NCBI RefSeq assembly: GCF_026210795.1
Contig: NC_089430.1
Location: 868,001 to 932,000 of the forward strand
Reading direction: 5' to 3'
Source: Rhizophagus irregularis
Taxonomy: Eukaryota
Length of the DNA stretch: 64,000 nucleotides
Part shown: in pieces, positions 26,457 through 39,378 of the stretch
How the letters are laid out: the number at the start of each line of letters is the position of its first letter
Position numbering within the stretch: position 1 is the stretch's first letter
Program-made: the position numbers and the translations under genes
Notes under the pieces: model-generated
What the model was told of the DNA's origin: nothing
The model's database searches: none
Seen by the model: only the letters and a program-made list of their open reading frames with translations

Positions 26457-27745
26457 ATGGAATCAGGAAATAAATTGAGAGAATCTTCTTGTAAGAAAAT
26501 TGAGGAATTGCTAATCGAAGGGAATCATAAGCGCAGTGATAGAGGCCGAAGCAGAAGCAGAAGCAACAGCAGTAAAACCAACATCAACACCAACGAAACC
26601 ATCAATGACGAAATTTATGTTACTCAGACTAAGAGATGGCTTCCTGTAAATTCAAAAATTGAAGGTATTCGCAAATATTTAAGAAATTAATAAAATTATC
26701 TTGTAATTAATTAATATTTATTGTAATTATGGTAGATCGATTAACAAAGATTGAAAATAAAATCGATACTTTAAGTAAAGAAATACAAGAGTTTAAATCC
26801 AAGTTAAAAACTTTACTTTCTGATAAAATAAATTTGACATCAAGCGTTAAAGAATCATTCATAGCGGTAAGAATATCTTTGAAATATTTAGTTTTATTAT
26901 TTATTTACATTCTAATTATTTTGAATTTTGACTAATTTTAGGATGTTGTGAAAAATGCTTCGAAATTATTAATAAAAGTATCGATTTACCCAACAAAAGA
27001 TGAATGTTGTGGAGCGGTTGAAGGATATTTAGTACTGAACCATGCGAGTTTTTTCTCTAATTTTACTGAAGACGATTGGATCTCGTTTTACAACGAAAAT
27101 ATACATAAACAAGTAAGTCCTTATTCGATAGTAACAAAATGTTTAATAAAATAAAATAAAATATTAAGTATTAACTTTCTTCGTAGTTAACAAAACAAGT
27201 ACGGTCCGTAAGAGGAACATTGTCCTTGAAATCAAGGGAGGCTATTTTTTCTATATTCAGATCCCGTTTACCACCTATAAACACAAATGCCGGGCCGTCT
27301 GAAATTGCAAAATGGAAAAGAAAACCCGAGGTTAAAGTTGTTATGAAAGCCTGTTTACAAAGATGAATCCCAAGGACAAAAATTCTTCGATTGTTTTAGT
27401 GAGCGTTATTGACAGAGTCCTCCAAAATGACCATTCTAATGCAGAAATCGCATATGTTCTTGCGATCTGCTCAACAATTTTGAACCCAAATGATGACGAA
27501 ATAATGTTGAAAAAGAATATCATGAAACAAAAAGTTAAAAAATTTATAGTAAGTTTGTAATTTTGTAGTAGTATTTAATAAAATATCATTTCATGGCTAA
27601 TCAATCATATTATTCTTTGAAGAAAAAAATCAATAATCAAACGGGTATAAATTATTCTGATTTTGAAGATAATAGCTATGAGGAAGAAGAAAGTGGAAAT
27701 GAAACTAAAGATGATGAAGATGATGATGTGATGATGTATAATAAG
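26457..27745 (+). pseudogene. Accessory gene copy A' (frameshifted)
   Basis: Multi-exon homolog of 12396-13784 (SIYPT, W.SFY, KWK..PEVK, AICSTILNP, acidic tail); 1-bp deletion near 27338 relative to the second copy. End approximate. Confidence 0.75.
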
Positions 27746-29441
27746 GTGAATTTTATTATATGCATAAGATAATTATATATATGTTTATTTGTTTTAATAA
27801 ATTTATTATTTTTTTTATTGATTTGGCAGGACTGGTGAATATATTAATAATATATATAATATTACGAATTAGTAATTGATATGTACAATTTCAAAAAAAA
27901 AAAATACCCCCACTCCTCTAAATTTTATAAATTAAATTTATTTGATAATCATTTAAAAGAGCATCTCTCTTCAAAAAACAAAAACAAATCAATAAATTTT
28001 ACGTTTTTGCGATTAATTTATATATATAATTTTATTAATATGAGTTTTTCTCATTTGGCTGATAACTGTTAAACAATAAAAGAATTTTTATACATGAAAT
28101 ACAAAAAATTATTTTGAATTTGATCGCAATTTTGTTAAAATTCATAGTTACAATTGAATGTGTAAAATTGTTCTATTTTTTATTGGTTAGACTGGAGTTC
28201 ATTGTCTGATCGGTCACACCAACTAATAAATTCGTGATCAAAAAATGCTGATCAAACAACCCTGACTAATATATAATGAGTTGGAATTTTATTTCACTCA
28301 GGAGTGGTATCATTAGATTTTTTATAATGTGTATGCATGCTTATGTTTTCAAAATTATATAAATTTTTTATCGTACAAAGAAAAACTTTAATGTTTATTG
28401 TTTCCATATAAGATACGACTGACATAATTATTACTACTAAGTATGCGAAGGTTTCTGCAGTTCCTGTGAATTCTCTTTAATGACTTGTACGAAAAATTGC
28501 TTGGTTTAGTATAATGAGTAAGTATCGAAATCATGCGAATTTCTATCCATAATAATAAAACTCATGTTCACGTGTTTATGTTTTATTTCCATATATGATA
28601 TAACAATGATATAATTATTAAATATTCGAAGGTTCAAGATTCCTGCGGATTCTACTTTAATGACTTGTCGAAAAATTGCTTGGTTTAGTATAATGAGTAA
28701 GTATCGAAATCATGCGGTTCTATCCATAATAATAACAAGGATAAACTCATGTTCACGCGTAATTATTTATTTCCATATAAAGTGATATAATTATTGAATA
28801 TTCGAAGGTTTCTGCGGTTACTGCTTTAATGACTGGTACGCCTGGTTTAGAATAATGAGTAAGTAATCGAAATTATCCTTATGTTCACGTGCGTGTTTTT
28901 ATTTCCTCAACTGACATAATTATTACTAAGAAAGTTTCTGCGGTTCTACTTTAATGACTGGTATGAAAAAATTACCTGGTTTAGAATAATGAGTAAATAA
29001 TCGAAATTATGTGAATTTATCCTTATGTTCACGTGCATTTGTTTTTATTTCCTCAACTGACATAATTATTACTAAGAAAGTTTCTTTGCTTGGTTTAGAA
29101 TAATAAGTAATTATGCGAATTGTACGAAAAAATTTCCTGGTTTAAAATAATGAGTAATTATGCGAATTTATCCTTATGTTCATGTGTATATGTTTTTATT
29201 TCCTCAACTGACATAATTATTACTAAGAGAGTTTCTGCGGTTCTGCTTAATGACTGGTACGAAAATTTGCATGATGTAATTATTGAATATTCAAAAGTTT
29301 CTGTTAATGACTGGTACGAAAAATTGGTTGATTTGGGTTTAAAGAGTTTTTTTTTTCCATAAATAATGGTCAATTTTTTTCCTTCAGAAATATTTTTTTT
29401 TCTTAAATTGTAAGAAATCCCACTTTTTCAAAAGTATCATT

Positions 29442-30705
29442 ATGGAATCAGAAAATAAATTGAGAGAGTCTTCTCGTAAGAAAATTGAGGAATTGCTAAT
29501 CGAAGGGAATCATAAGCGCAGTGATAGAAGCTAAAGCTGAAGCAGAAACAACAGCAGTAAAACCAACATCAACACCAACGAAACCATTAATGACGAAGTT
29601 AGCGTTCTTTAAACTAAGAGATGGCTTCCTGCAAATTCAAAAATTGAAGGTATTCGCAAATATTTAAGAAATTAATAAAATTATCTTGTAATTAATATTT
29701 ATTGTAATTATGGTAGATCGATTAACAAAGATTGAAAATAAAATCGATACTTTAAGTAAAGAAATACACGAGTTTAAATCTGAGTTAAAAACTTTACTTT
29801 CTGATAAAATAAATTTGTCATCAAGCGTTAAAGAATCATTCATAGTGGTAGGAATATCTTTGAAATATTTAGTTTTATTATTTATTTATATTCTAATTAT
29901 TTTGAATTTCGACTAATTTTAGGATGTTGTGAAAAATGTTTCGAAATTATTAATAAAAGTATCAATTTACCCAATAAAAGATGAATGTTATGGAGCGGTT
30001 GAAGGATATTTAGTACTGAACCATGCGAGTTTTTTCTCTAATTTTACTGAAGACGATTGGATCACGTATTACAACGAGAATATACATAAACAAGTAAGTC
30101 CTTATTCGATAACAAAATGTTTAATAAAATAAAATAAAATATTAAGTATTAACTTTCTTCGTAGTTAACAAAACAAGTACGGTCCATAAGAGGAACATTG
30201 TTCTCGAAATCAAGGGAGGCTATTTTTTCTATATTCGGATCCCGTTTACCACCTATAAACACAAATGCCGGGCCGTCTGAAGTAGCAAAGTGGAAGAGAA
30301 AACCCGAAGTTAAAGATTGTTTTGAAGGCCTGTTCAAAAAAATGAATCCCAAGGACAAAAATTCTTCGATTGTTTTAGTAAGCGTTATTGACAGGGCCCT
30401 CCAAAATGACCATTCTAATGCAGAACTTGCATATGTTCTTGCGATCTGCTCAACAATTTTAAACCCAAATCATGACGAAATAAGGTGTAAAAAGAATATC
30501 ATGAAACAAAAAGTTAAAAAATTTTTAGTAAGTTTGTAATTTTGTAGTAGCATTTAATAAAATATCATTTTATGGCTAATCATATTATTCTTTAAAGAAA
30601 AAAATCAACAGTCAAACGGGCATAAGATATTCCGATTTTGAAGATAATAGTTATGAGGAAGAAGAAAGTGGAAATGAAACTGAAGATGAAGATGATGATG
30701 TATAA
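29442..30705 (+). pseudogene. Accessory gene copy A'' (premature stops in exon 1)
   Basis: Close duplicate of A'; Arg codons replaced by TAA/TGA at ~29532-29540; downstream exons open. Confidence 0.75.
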
Positions 30706-31369
30706 TAAGGTGAATTTTATTGTATGCATAAGATATTTTTTTTTTATTGGTGTGGCAGGACTGGTGAATTTTATGTTTTTGCGATTAATTTGTATATAAA
30801 ATTTATTAATTTGAGTTTTTCTCATTTGGCTGATAACTGTTAAACAAATAAAAGAATTTTTATCCATGAAACACAAAATTATTTTGAATTTGATCGCACA
30901 AAATTTATCAATTTTGTTAAAATTCATTTTTTTGTTCCTCTTTCGCAATATTTGGAAAGTTAAATTTATTTTTATCAAGTCTGATGCCGAGTGCCGACCA
31001 TAAGAAATTATAAATTTGTGAAAAGTGTTACAAATTAACCTCTAGTTATTTGTTATATTATTTATATAGTATATATTATCAACACGTCATGCATATTTCT
31101 CTTAATTTTATATTTATCATGCAAGAATTTTTTTTTAATAGTCGAGGTCAGAATTCTTTAGGACTTTACCAAAATTATATAATTTGACTCACAGATTACG
31201 AATTAATTTTATAAATCTAGTAAATTTGATAAATTAACCTATTATGGCATATACATGTGTTCATGTGATCATCTAAAAATAGCTAAACACGAATTAAATA
31301 AACAAACTTAATATTCTCTATACGCTCTATTTTGCAAGGACCGCTCATTGTACATTTGCGTAGCAGAAG

Positions 31370-33145
31370 ACTAGCAGAAGTATCATGGAAAGTATTTATA
31401 TATATTCATAGGCTTTATGAATATTTATAATATTAATAAATTATACATGAAAAAGCTTTGCAACAGCTGCTGGAAAAATGAACGCGTACTTTCAATATAG
31501 TAGAAGTATGGAAGTTATTTATATTTCATAATTTCATTAATATTCGTAGGTTTACGACTATTTCATAATATTAATAATTGTTCATGGAAAGTTTTGCGTA
31601 CAATATAATGGTAAAGGTATGGAAAGTATTTATACTCCATAATTTAACTATTTTATACAATATTAATAATTATAACTGTTGGTCTAACTTTTGAACTTAT
31701 AAAGTAAAAATAAAATTAACGCGTGCTCTTAATGTAGTAGTGTAGAAGGAATGGAAGGTATTTGTACTTTGTAATTTCGTTAATGTGTTTACGTCTTTTT
31801 TATAAAAAATATTAATAATCACGCATAATGAACTGTTGGTTTAACTTTTTGAACTTGTAGAAATAAAGTTAACGCGTGCTTTCAATGTAGTAGTGTAGAA
31901 GGAATGGAAGGTATTTGTACTTTATAATTTCATTAATGTTCGTATGTTTACGTCTTTTTTATAAAATATTAATAATCACATAAAATAACAACTGTTGGCC
32001 CAACTTATTGAACTTGAATATTTGTTGATGCAGAAATGAATTTAACGCTCTCAACGTAGTAGTGTAGAAGGAATGGAAGGTATGTACTTCACGATTTCGT
32101 TAATGTTCGTATGTTTACGTCTTTTTTTATAAAAAATATTAATAATCACGCATATTGAAACTGTTGGTTTAACTTTTTGAACTTGTAGAAATAAAGTTAA
32201 CGCGTGCTCTCAACGTAATAGTGTAGAAGAGATGGAAGGTATGATCACAACTGTTGGTCCAACTTTTTGAACTTGTAATTGTTTGTTTGACGTAGTAGTG
32301 TAGAAGGAATGGAAGGTATGTACTTCACGATTTCGTTAATGTTCGTATGTTTACGTCTTTTTTATAAAAAATATTAATAATCACGCATATTGAAACTGTT
32401 AGTTTAACTTTTTGAACTTATAGAAATAAAGTTAACGCGTGCTCTTAACGTAATAGTGTAGAAGGGATAGAAGGTATGTATTCCTTAATTTTGTTAATGT
32501 TCGTATGTTTACGACTTTTTAATAATAATCACAACTGTTTGGTCCAACTTTTTGAACTTGTAATGTTTGTTTGATATAGAGATGAATTTAACGCTCTTAA
32601 CGTAGTAGTGTAGAAGGAATGGAAGGTATGTACTTCACAATTTCATTAATGTTCGTATGTTTACGTCTTTTTTATAAAAAATATTAATAATCACGCATAT
32701 TGAAACTGTTGGTTTAACCTTTTGAACTTGTAGAAATAAAGTTAATGCGTGCTCCCAACGTAATAGTGTAGAAGGGATGGAAGGTATGTATTCCTTAATT
32801 TCGTTAATGTTCGTATGTTTACAACTTTTTAATAATAATCACAACTGTTTAGTCCAACTTTTTGAACTTGTAATGTTTGTTTGATGTAGAGATGAATTTA
32901 ACGCATGTTCTCAACGTAATAGTGTAGAAGGAGTGGAAGGTATGTACCTCACAATTTCGTTAATGTTCGTAAGTTTACTTTTTTTTTTATAAAAAATATT
33001 AATAATCACGCATAATGATAACTGTTGGTCTAACTTTTGATCTTGTAATATTCGTTGATGCAGAAATGAATTTAACGCATGCTATCAACATAGCAGTGTA
33101 AAAGGACTGAAGGTATGTACTTCATAATTTCGTTAATGTTCGTAC
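31370..33145. repeat. ~150-170-bp satellite, about 11-12 copies, with two alternating unit types
   Basis: Core AACG(CGTG)CTCTCAACGTA(G/A)TAGTGTAGAAGGAATGGAAGGTATGTA..TTTCGTTAATGTTCGTATGTTTACG recurs; leftmost copies are the most degenerate. Confidence 0.92.
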
Positions 33146-33569
33146 AACTTTATTACAATTATGTTTATAGGTTAAGTTTTAATAACAATTTGTCTTTACA
33201 ACACATCCTTTTGATATTAACAAATAATGTTATCCAAATGACTTTTATTTTATAATATCAGATATAGCAAAATATTAATCACAGATGAAATAGAAGTGAA
33301 GTTGAAAAATAAAAAGTCAAAGAACGAGAGTCAAATAAATAAAGATGAGCGACAAATAAGATTAAAAAAATTCTATTGACGAGATTGAACGCAATATTAT
33401 GATAGTTTTAAATACAAATTATTTATTGTAGCTATATTTCAAATAAAAATACAAAAATTACATAAATTTATAAAATATTACGTGTAAGTTACAGTGAAAA
33501 ATGTTATTTTGTAATTATATATATTAATCACTTGAATTTGTGAAAAAAGTTCGCGAAATAATAATATTT

Positions 33570-34220
33570 TGGAAAAGTTTCAAAATATTATACCGTAAAC
33601 CTACGAAATTCTGCGATGTAAAATTACAAAATATTATACCTTCAGAAAAGTTTCGAAATATTATACCGTAAACCTACGAAATCCTACGACGTAAAATTAC
33701 GAAATATTACATTTTTGAAAAGTTTCGAAATATTGCACCCGTAAACCTACGAAAATCCTACGACGTAAAATTACGAAATATTACACTTTCGAAAAGTTTC
33801 GAAATATTGCACCTGTAAACCTACGAAATCCTATGACGTAAAATTATGAAATATTACATTTTTGAAAAGTTTTGAAATATTGCACCCGTAAATCTACGAA
33901 AATCCTACGACGTAAAATTACGAAATATTACACTTTCGAAAAGTTTCGAAATATTGCACCAGTAAACCTACGAAAATCCCACGACGTAAAATTACGAAAT
34001 ATTACACTTTCGAAAAGTTTTGAAATATTGCACCGTAAATCTAAGAAATTCTACGATGTAAAATTTACATACATGGCAATATTACACTGTAATTCTACGA
34101 AATATTACGCGTAAACTTATGAAATATTGCGTTAAAATTACGAAATATTACTGTTGCGTAATTTTTCGAAGGTCATGTAAATTTACGGAGTATTTCGCAG
34201 GCGTAAATTTTCGTAATATT
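33570..34220. repeat. ~73-bp tandem array, right subterminal repeat
   Basis: Unit CGTAAACCTACGAAA(A)TCCTACGACGTAAAATTACGAAATATTACAC/TTTTCGAAAAGTTTCGAAATATTGCACC, ~6-7 copies plus a degenerate tail. Confidence 0.92.
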
Positions 34221-34240
34221 ATGCCGTATTCAATTTGCAG

Positions 34241-37200
34241 ATGTTGTGGTCAATATATACGTTTAGAAATTCAAAGTAATAATGGAGAACACCTTATATA
34301 TAGTTGGAAAATTTATGAAAATGTGGAAATGTCTGAACTTATATATTCAGGAGCAAATTCTGATTTTTTTGTAAGCATGAAAAAATACATAAAACTATCA
34401 GGAGAAATCTCTATTCCTGACGTTCTTGGTTTGCGTGATCATAATATAATTTATGATATACAATTAAAAGTAAACTCAATTTATCCACATCTTTTTAACA
34501 TTACTGCAACTAAATCTCAAAATAAAATTGCTAAATTAACTACTACTATGCAAAAGAAAGGAGAAAAACTACTAAAAAAAGTATCAGTAATCTCCCAACC
34601 GCCAATAATTTGTCATGGAATTGAAATCAAAGAACCAGGAATGCAATTAACTCCAGAAGCAACTTTAGCACTTGCAGTTGAATATGAAGCTTTGAAAAAA
34701 TTAGAAGACACATCACGTAAACGGATCAAGCGAGCTAAGACCAATAATGAATATATGAAAAACTTGAAATATAAGCTACATGAAGAAAAAGATCAAGAAT
34801 TATTAAATAATTGGATACAAAAAACATTGGAGGAAACGAATATTGGATCTACTATATTCATTAGTACAGATCAGTATCTTACCAGCATATATACACAACC
34901 TTGTTTAACGTGCCACAACCTTGATTTGTCTAAAAAAAAACTGGATGTTCATAGAATCGGTCATAATCTTCAAATTAAAATTAAGTGTAAGATCTGTCAA
35001 GGAATTACGGAATATAGTAATGAATCACCTAATGCACAATTCTCTTCTCTTGCAGCAGGTGCAGGACTTGTTGGTGGCGTTAATAGGCAACAACTTCAAA
35101 CTATATTTTCTATAATAGGTATAACAGCACAATCATCAAAAGGTCATTATCATAATAAACAAAATGAACATTTGGAAAAAATAAATGATGAAGCGGAGAT
35201 AAGTGCACAAATTGCATTAACTAAAGCTATTGCACATATTAAAGCAAAAGGGGAAAGAATATTACTCACTAGTTTTGATTGCTCTTGGTCTCACTGTCGG
35301 AATGCAAACCAGGCTAGTGGAGAACTAATATATCAAGGAAATCTTGATGGTAAAAGAAAAAAGACTTTGTCAATATTTAATAAAATAAAAACAAATTCAA
35401 TTTTTTTATAATAGGATATGATCACAAACCTGTTATTGCTTTTGCTACTGCTGAAAAACCACGTAAATTAAAAAAAAGAAATGGCCAAGAATATGAGGTT
35501 TTTCATGGCAATCATGAAAAGACGTCACGGCAAATGGAACATGCAATATTATTACGAATTATTGAAAAAATTGTTCCAGTATTAGAAGCAGCTGAAGTAC
35601 TTTTAGATATTGGAGTAGATGGTGATCTAAATTCAAATAAGACTTTAAATAATATTCCATGTGTGAGCAAAGTATATGCGAATTTAAAACATATTGGCAA
35701 AAATATTAGAGCAAAGATTGGTAAGTTATTGAAGGTAATTTAAGTATTTTTACCAATAACATAATATTAACGTAACAGTTTAACGTAACAAACAATCTTA
35801 AGTACTAACGATTTTAGATTATCTTTTTGTCATTAGTATGCAGCTAGCTGATCATTTAAGCTTTATTTTATTATATTTTTTTTTTGATAGAAAATTATTT
35901 TTTTTTGCAAATATTTTTTACTCATAATTGTAAATATTTTACATTAGTTATGTAATAGAATAGAATGTAAAAAGTTGTAATTATTTTCATTTTAATTATA
36001 AATAATTAATAAACTGCTAAATGTTTTATTTATTCTGATTCTCAATTATTAATTATTCTATGTTGCAGCAAAAAGTTCCATATGGAAAGAATATGAAAAT
36101 ACGATAATGACCTATTACAATTCATGTGTCTATGCAGCAAGTGGACGAAAACTTGATGAAAATAAAATTACTGTATCCGATGCTGAATTAGAAAAAGTAC
36201 AAATTGATGGTCTTGTTGCTCACCTTTCAGATGATCATAGTCTTTGTTGGGATGAAGTATGTTGGAGAAAAGAAAATCCTAATATTCAATTAAAAGCACC
36301 ACATTTAAAAGAATATACATCTAATCAAAGAGAGAAGTTTCGTCAATTTCTCAAAGAATGCTTTTATATACCAACAAAACAGAGCTTAATTACTCACATT
36401 AGAACATCATATAATGAAGCATTCAACTGAGTTAAATTATGCTTTCAAGATAAAAAAATTGATTATTGGAAAACCTATAGTACTCGACATGCTCTAGCTG
36501 TTCTTCAATATAACAATGGTTTGTTAAATATGCTGAAAATTGCCCGATCAGCATGTAATATTCCATATTTTTCTGAAACTGATGAGAAAAATATTAGTAA
36601 AATAGCCGAAGAACGAAAAAAACAAAACCAAAGAAATTCTAATGATATTGCTAAACGAAATGAAGAACAAGGCAAAAAAATCCAAGAACAAAAAACTAAC
36701 TTGGAAACATTTGATTGGGATAAGGTACAGTGAGCATCATATGCTAATTCAAAATTGAATAAATAAAATAAATAAATAATATAAAAAATATTTTCTTTAG
36801 GATTTCGTACCTTATGGACGTAATGCTCAAGAAAAAATCAAAGCTAAAGAATTTGAACCTACATTTGCCAAACATATACTTGATTTTGAAAAAATTCAGA
36901 AATGTTTGGCTTGTAAAGCATTTTCAAAGTATTCTCCATTAGGCTTATGTCGATACCATGAATTTTGTTTCAAATATGGATGGTATCAGGAATTTCCAAA
37001 TAAACAATATATACCACCACTACAAAATTTAATAGCTAATCCACCTACATCATATGATATACTTGTAAAAATGTTTGGATATCAAGAGTTTCAAGATATG
37101 CAGGAAATAGCAATATCATCATATGTAAATGGAAAACATACCTTTATTTCAATGCGTACAGGTGCAGGAAAAACAATGTGTTATTGGATTTCTGCAATTT

Positions 37201-38995
37201 TACGTGGAGGTTTGACTGTTGTAATAAGTCCATTAGTATCTTTAATTGATGATCAAGTGGTAAGTTAAACTGATTATTTACTACAATTAATGAAAGAAAG
37301 ATTATAATTTAATATTTCTATAGATCGAAACAATTGCTGCTGGAATTGGATGTGCTAGCATCTATATCGGAAAGCATCAACCTCCACAATATTTTGAAAA
37401 AGTCTTTTCTGAGATCGCTATTGGGTTGATTAAAATCTTATATATAACTGCAGAAAGCTTTATCAACAATAGTTCATTTACCAGAATGCTTTTAAATTTT
37501 GCAAAATATGCACCTGTATCATTTGTAATAGATGAAGTGCATTGCATTATAGAATGCAAGCATTTTAGGTAAGATATAATTCAAATATTAATTTAAAAAT
37601 TTCATTTGATATATTAAACTTAACTTATATAGAGAATCCTGGAGTAAATTAAGAAAAATTTCAACATTCTTTCCAAGTAGTCCAATTATGATGCTTACGG
37701 GAACTTGCAAGGAATCTGATGCTTATCTAATTTTGGAGAATCTCGGACTTGCTTCAAATGATGTGGCTTTTGTTCAAGGGTTATCTTTTTCACGTCCAGA
37801 ACTTACAATGAAAATGCACCCTAAAAGTACTAAGGAAAAAACCATTGGAGAAATTATTACACTATTAAAAGAATTAAATGAAGGGAAATGCATTATTTAC
37901 TGTCCAACAGTACGAATATGTGATGATGTTTATGAGTAACTTCAGGAAAAATCTGGCCTTGAATTACCAATGGCTGTGTATTATAGTTCCTTAGACAGTG
38001 AAGAAAAAAAAAAATTGAAATCATGGAAAGAGAATACAATCCAACTTATGATTGCAACTAATGCTTTTGGTATGGGTCTTAATGATAAAAAAGTTCGTTT
38101 GGTAATACATTATTCATTTCCATTGAGTATAGGTAAGACACTACTATTATATCAAAGAAATAAATATAATAGCATTATTAATAAAACTAATCTTACCCTT
38201 TAAAATAGGCAATCTTGTACAAGAAACTGGAAGAGCGGGAAGAAACCATAATTCCGCGAAGTGTATAATTTTTTATACCCGCCATGATATTTGCACTAAT
38301 TATACAATTATAACACAAAGTAGAGAATCGTAAGTATTAATTGTGTAAAGAAATATAATTAATATTATGATTTAATTAAAAATATATTTTGTAGTATAAC
38401 TGAAGATATGAATGATAGTTTTGAGGCAAATAAAAGAAAAGAATACCTGGCCAAAGCATGTGAAAAAATATTTGAAGTTGTTCATTTTTGTGAAGAACAA
38501 TATATCTGTAGAGAGCAAATGCTTGCCGAATATTTTGCATGGAATGGTGATAATTTAAGTCCTCCATGTGCACATTGTGACAACTGCTTATGCGTACAAG
38601 CTGAGCTAGTACATAAAGTTGATGTAAAAACTGATGCTATCAAAATGGTAGAGGTGGTTGAAGAAATAATAAATAAGCTGCGTGAAAGTGGAAAATTAAT
38701 TTTACCAAAAGATATCATACAGGTTTATTGTCAACTCAAGTGTGATAATGAAGAGCTTACCTCATTGAATATTTATCGTGAAACACGAAAAAAAATTGTC
38801 CGTACAAAAGCAGACACTCAGCACTTGCTAGACTGGCTTATAATACGTGGAATGGTAAAAATAATGATAAACTTGTACCGGCCAAATCCAAATGGAAATA
38901 CGTTGCAAACAAATATTTACATAGTTGGTGTTATTGAAGGTGTAACTGCAATAGTAATGGAAAAAAATTGGAAAATGTGGCTTCGCCATTCTTGA
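34241..38995 (+). pseudogene. Kolobok-type DDE transposase fused to RecQ helicase (KolobokH-like), 5'-truncated
   Basis: Transposase: CxxC..CxxC, SFDCSWS, NHEKTSRQME, VDGD, NLKHIGK, YNEAFN, AVLQYNNG. RecQ: FGY.EF..Q, MRTGAGKT, SPLVSLIDDQV, IDEVHC, LTGT, IIYC, ATNAFGMG, QETGRAGR, CRE..YF..CAHCDNC. Seven GT-AG introns; in-frame stops at 36428-36430 and 37937-37939. Confidence 0.85.
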
Positions 38996-39378
38996 AGATA
39001 AATATATGTATATTTTATAAAATAATGTATAAAATAATGTAATAAACTTTGTTTCTAAAATTAGAAAAGACTTATATGACGCGTCAACTCAAAAATGAAC
39101 CAAAAATGTGGAACCCAATAATTTTCTTTATTTCACATTCGCCAAAAACATATAGACATTTGTGACCATTTTAAAACTTCATACGAAAGTTTTTCAAAAA
39201 AGTTTTTAAACGAATATATCTTTTTAAGTTAAAAAATAGTAGTTCAGACCCGTGGCTTTCTAACCATGTAAATTTTATCCTTTTTTGTTAAGTATTACCA
39301 AAAGTTGGTATTGCAATGAAAATCGTATTACAGAATTTTTTTTTTTTGGACATTTTACTATAATAAAAATTAATTATA

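Larger units (their letters stand above)
25236..30926. repeat. Tandem ~2.9-kb segmental duplication (25236-28146 and 28147-30926)
   Basis: Both units start GTTAC..TTGAATG.GTAAA(A)TTGTTC and end ATTTTGTTAAAATTCAT; each holds a repeat-rich upstream region and one accessory gene. Confidence 0.93.
10297..34240 (+). mobile_element. Large Plavaka/CMC-type DNA transposon (~24 kb including the nested CACTA; ~17.5 kb without it)
   Basis: Left end CCCTGTAAATTG..ACGGCATAATGTTCCGTAAGTTTACG; imperfect inverted match CGTAAATTTTCGTAATATTATGCCGTATTCAATTTGCAG ending at 34240. Long CGTAA/TTACG-rich tandem arrays lie just inside both ends; contains a Plavaka transposase. The right end lacks the terminal GG and no TSD is recoverable. 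Confidence 0.6.

Noticed and set aside
34241..38995. Host SGS1/RecQ gene, or an AcademH element together with the Academ at 2446-7172
   Set aside because: The helicase is in frame with a Kolobok-type transposase, and the Academ element is closed by its own TIRs 27 kb away.
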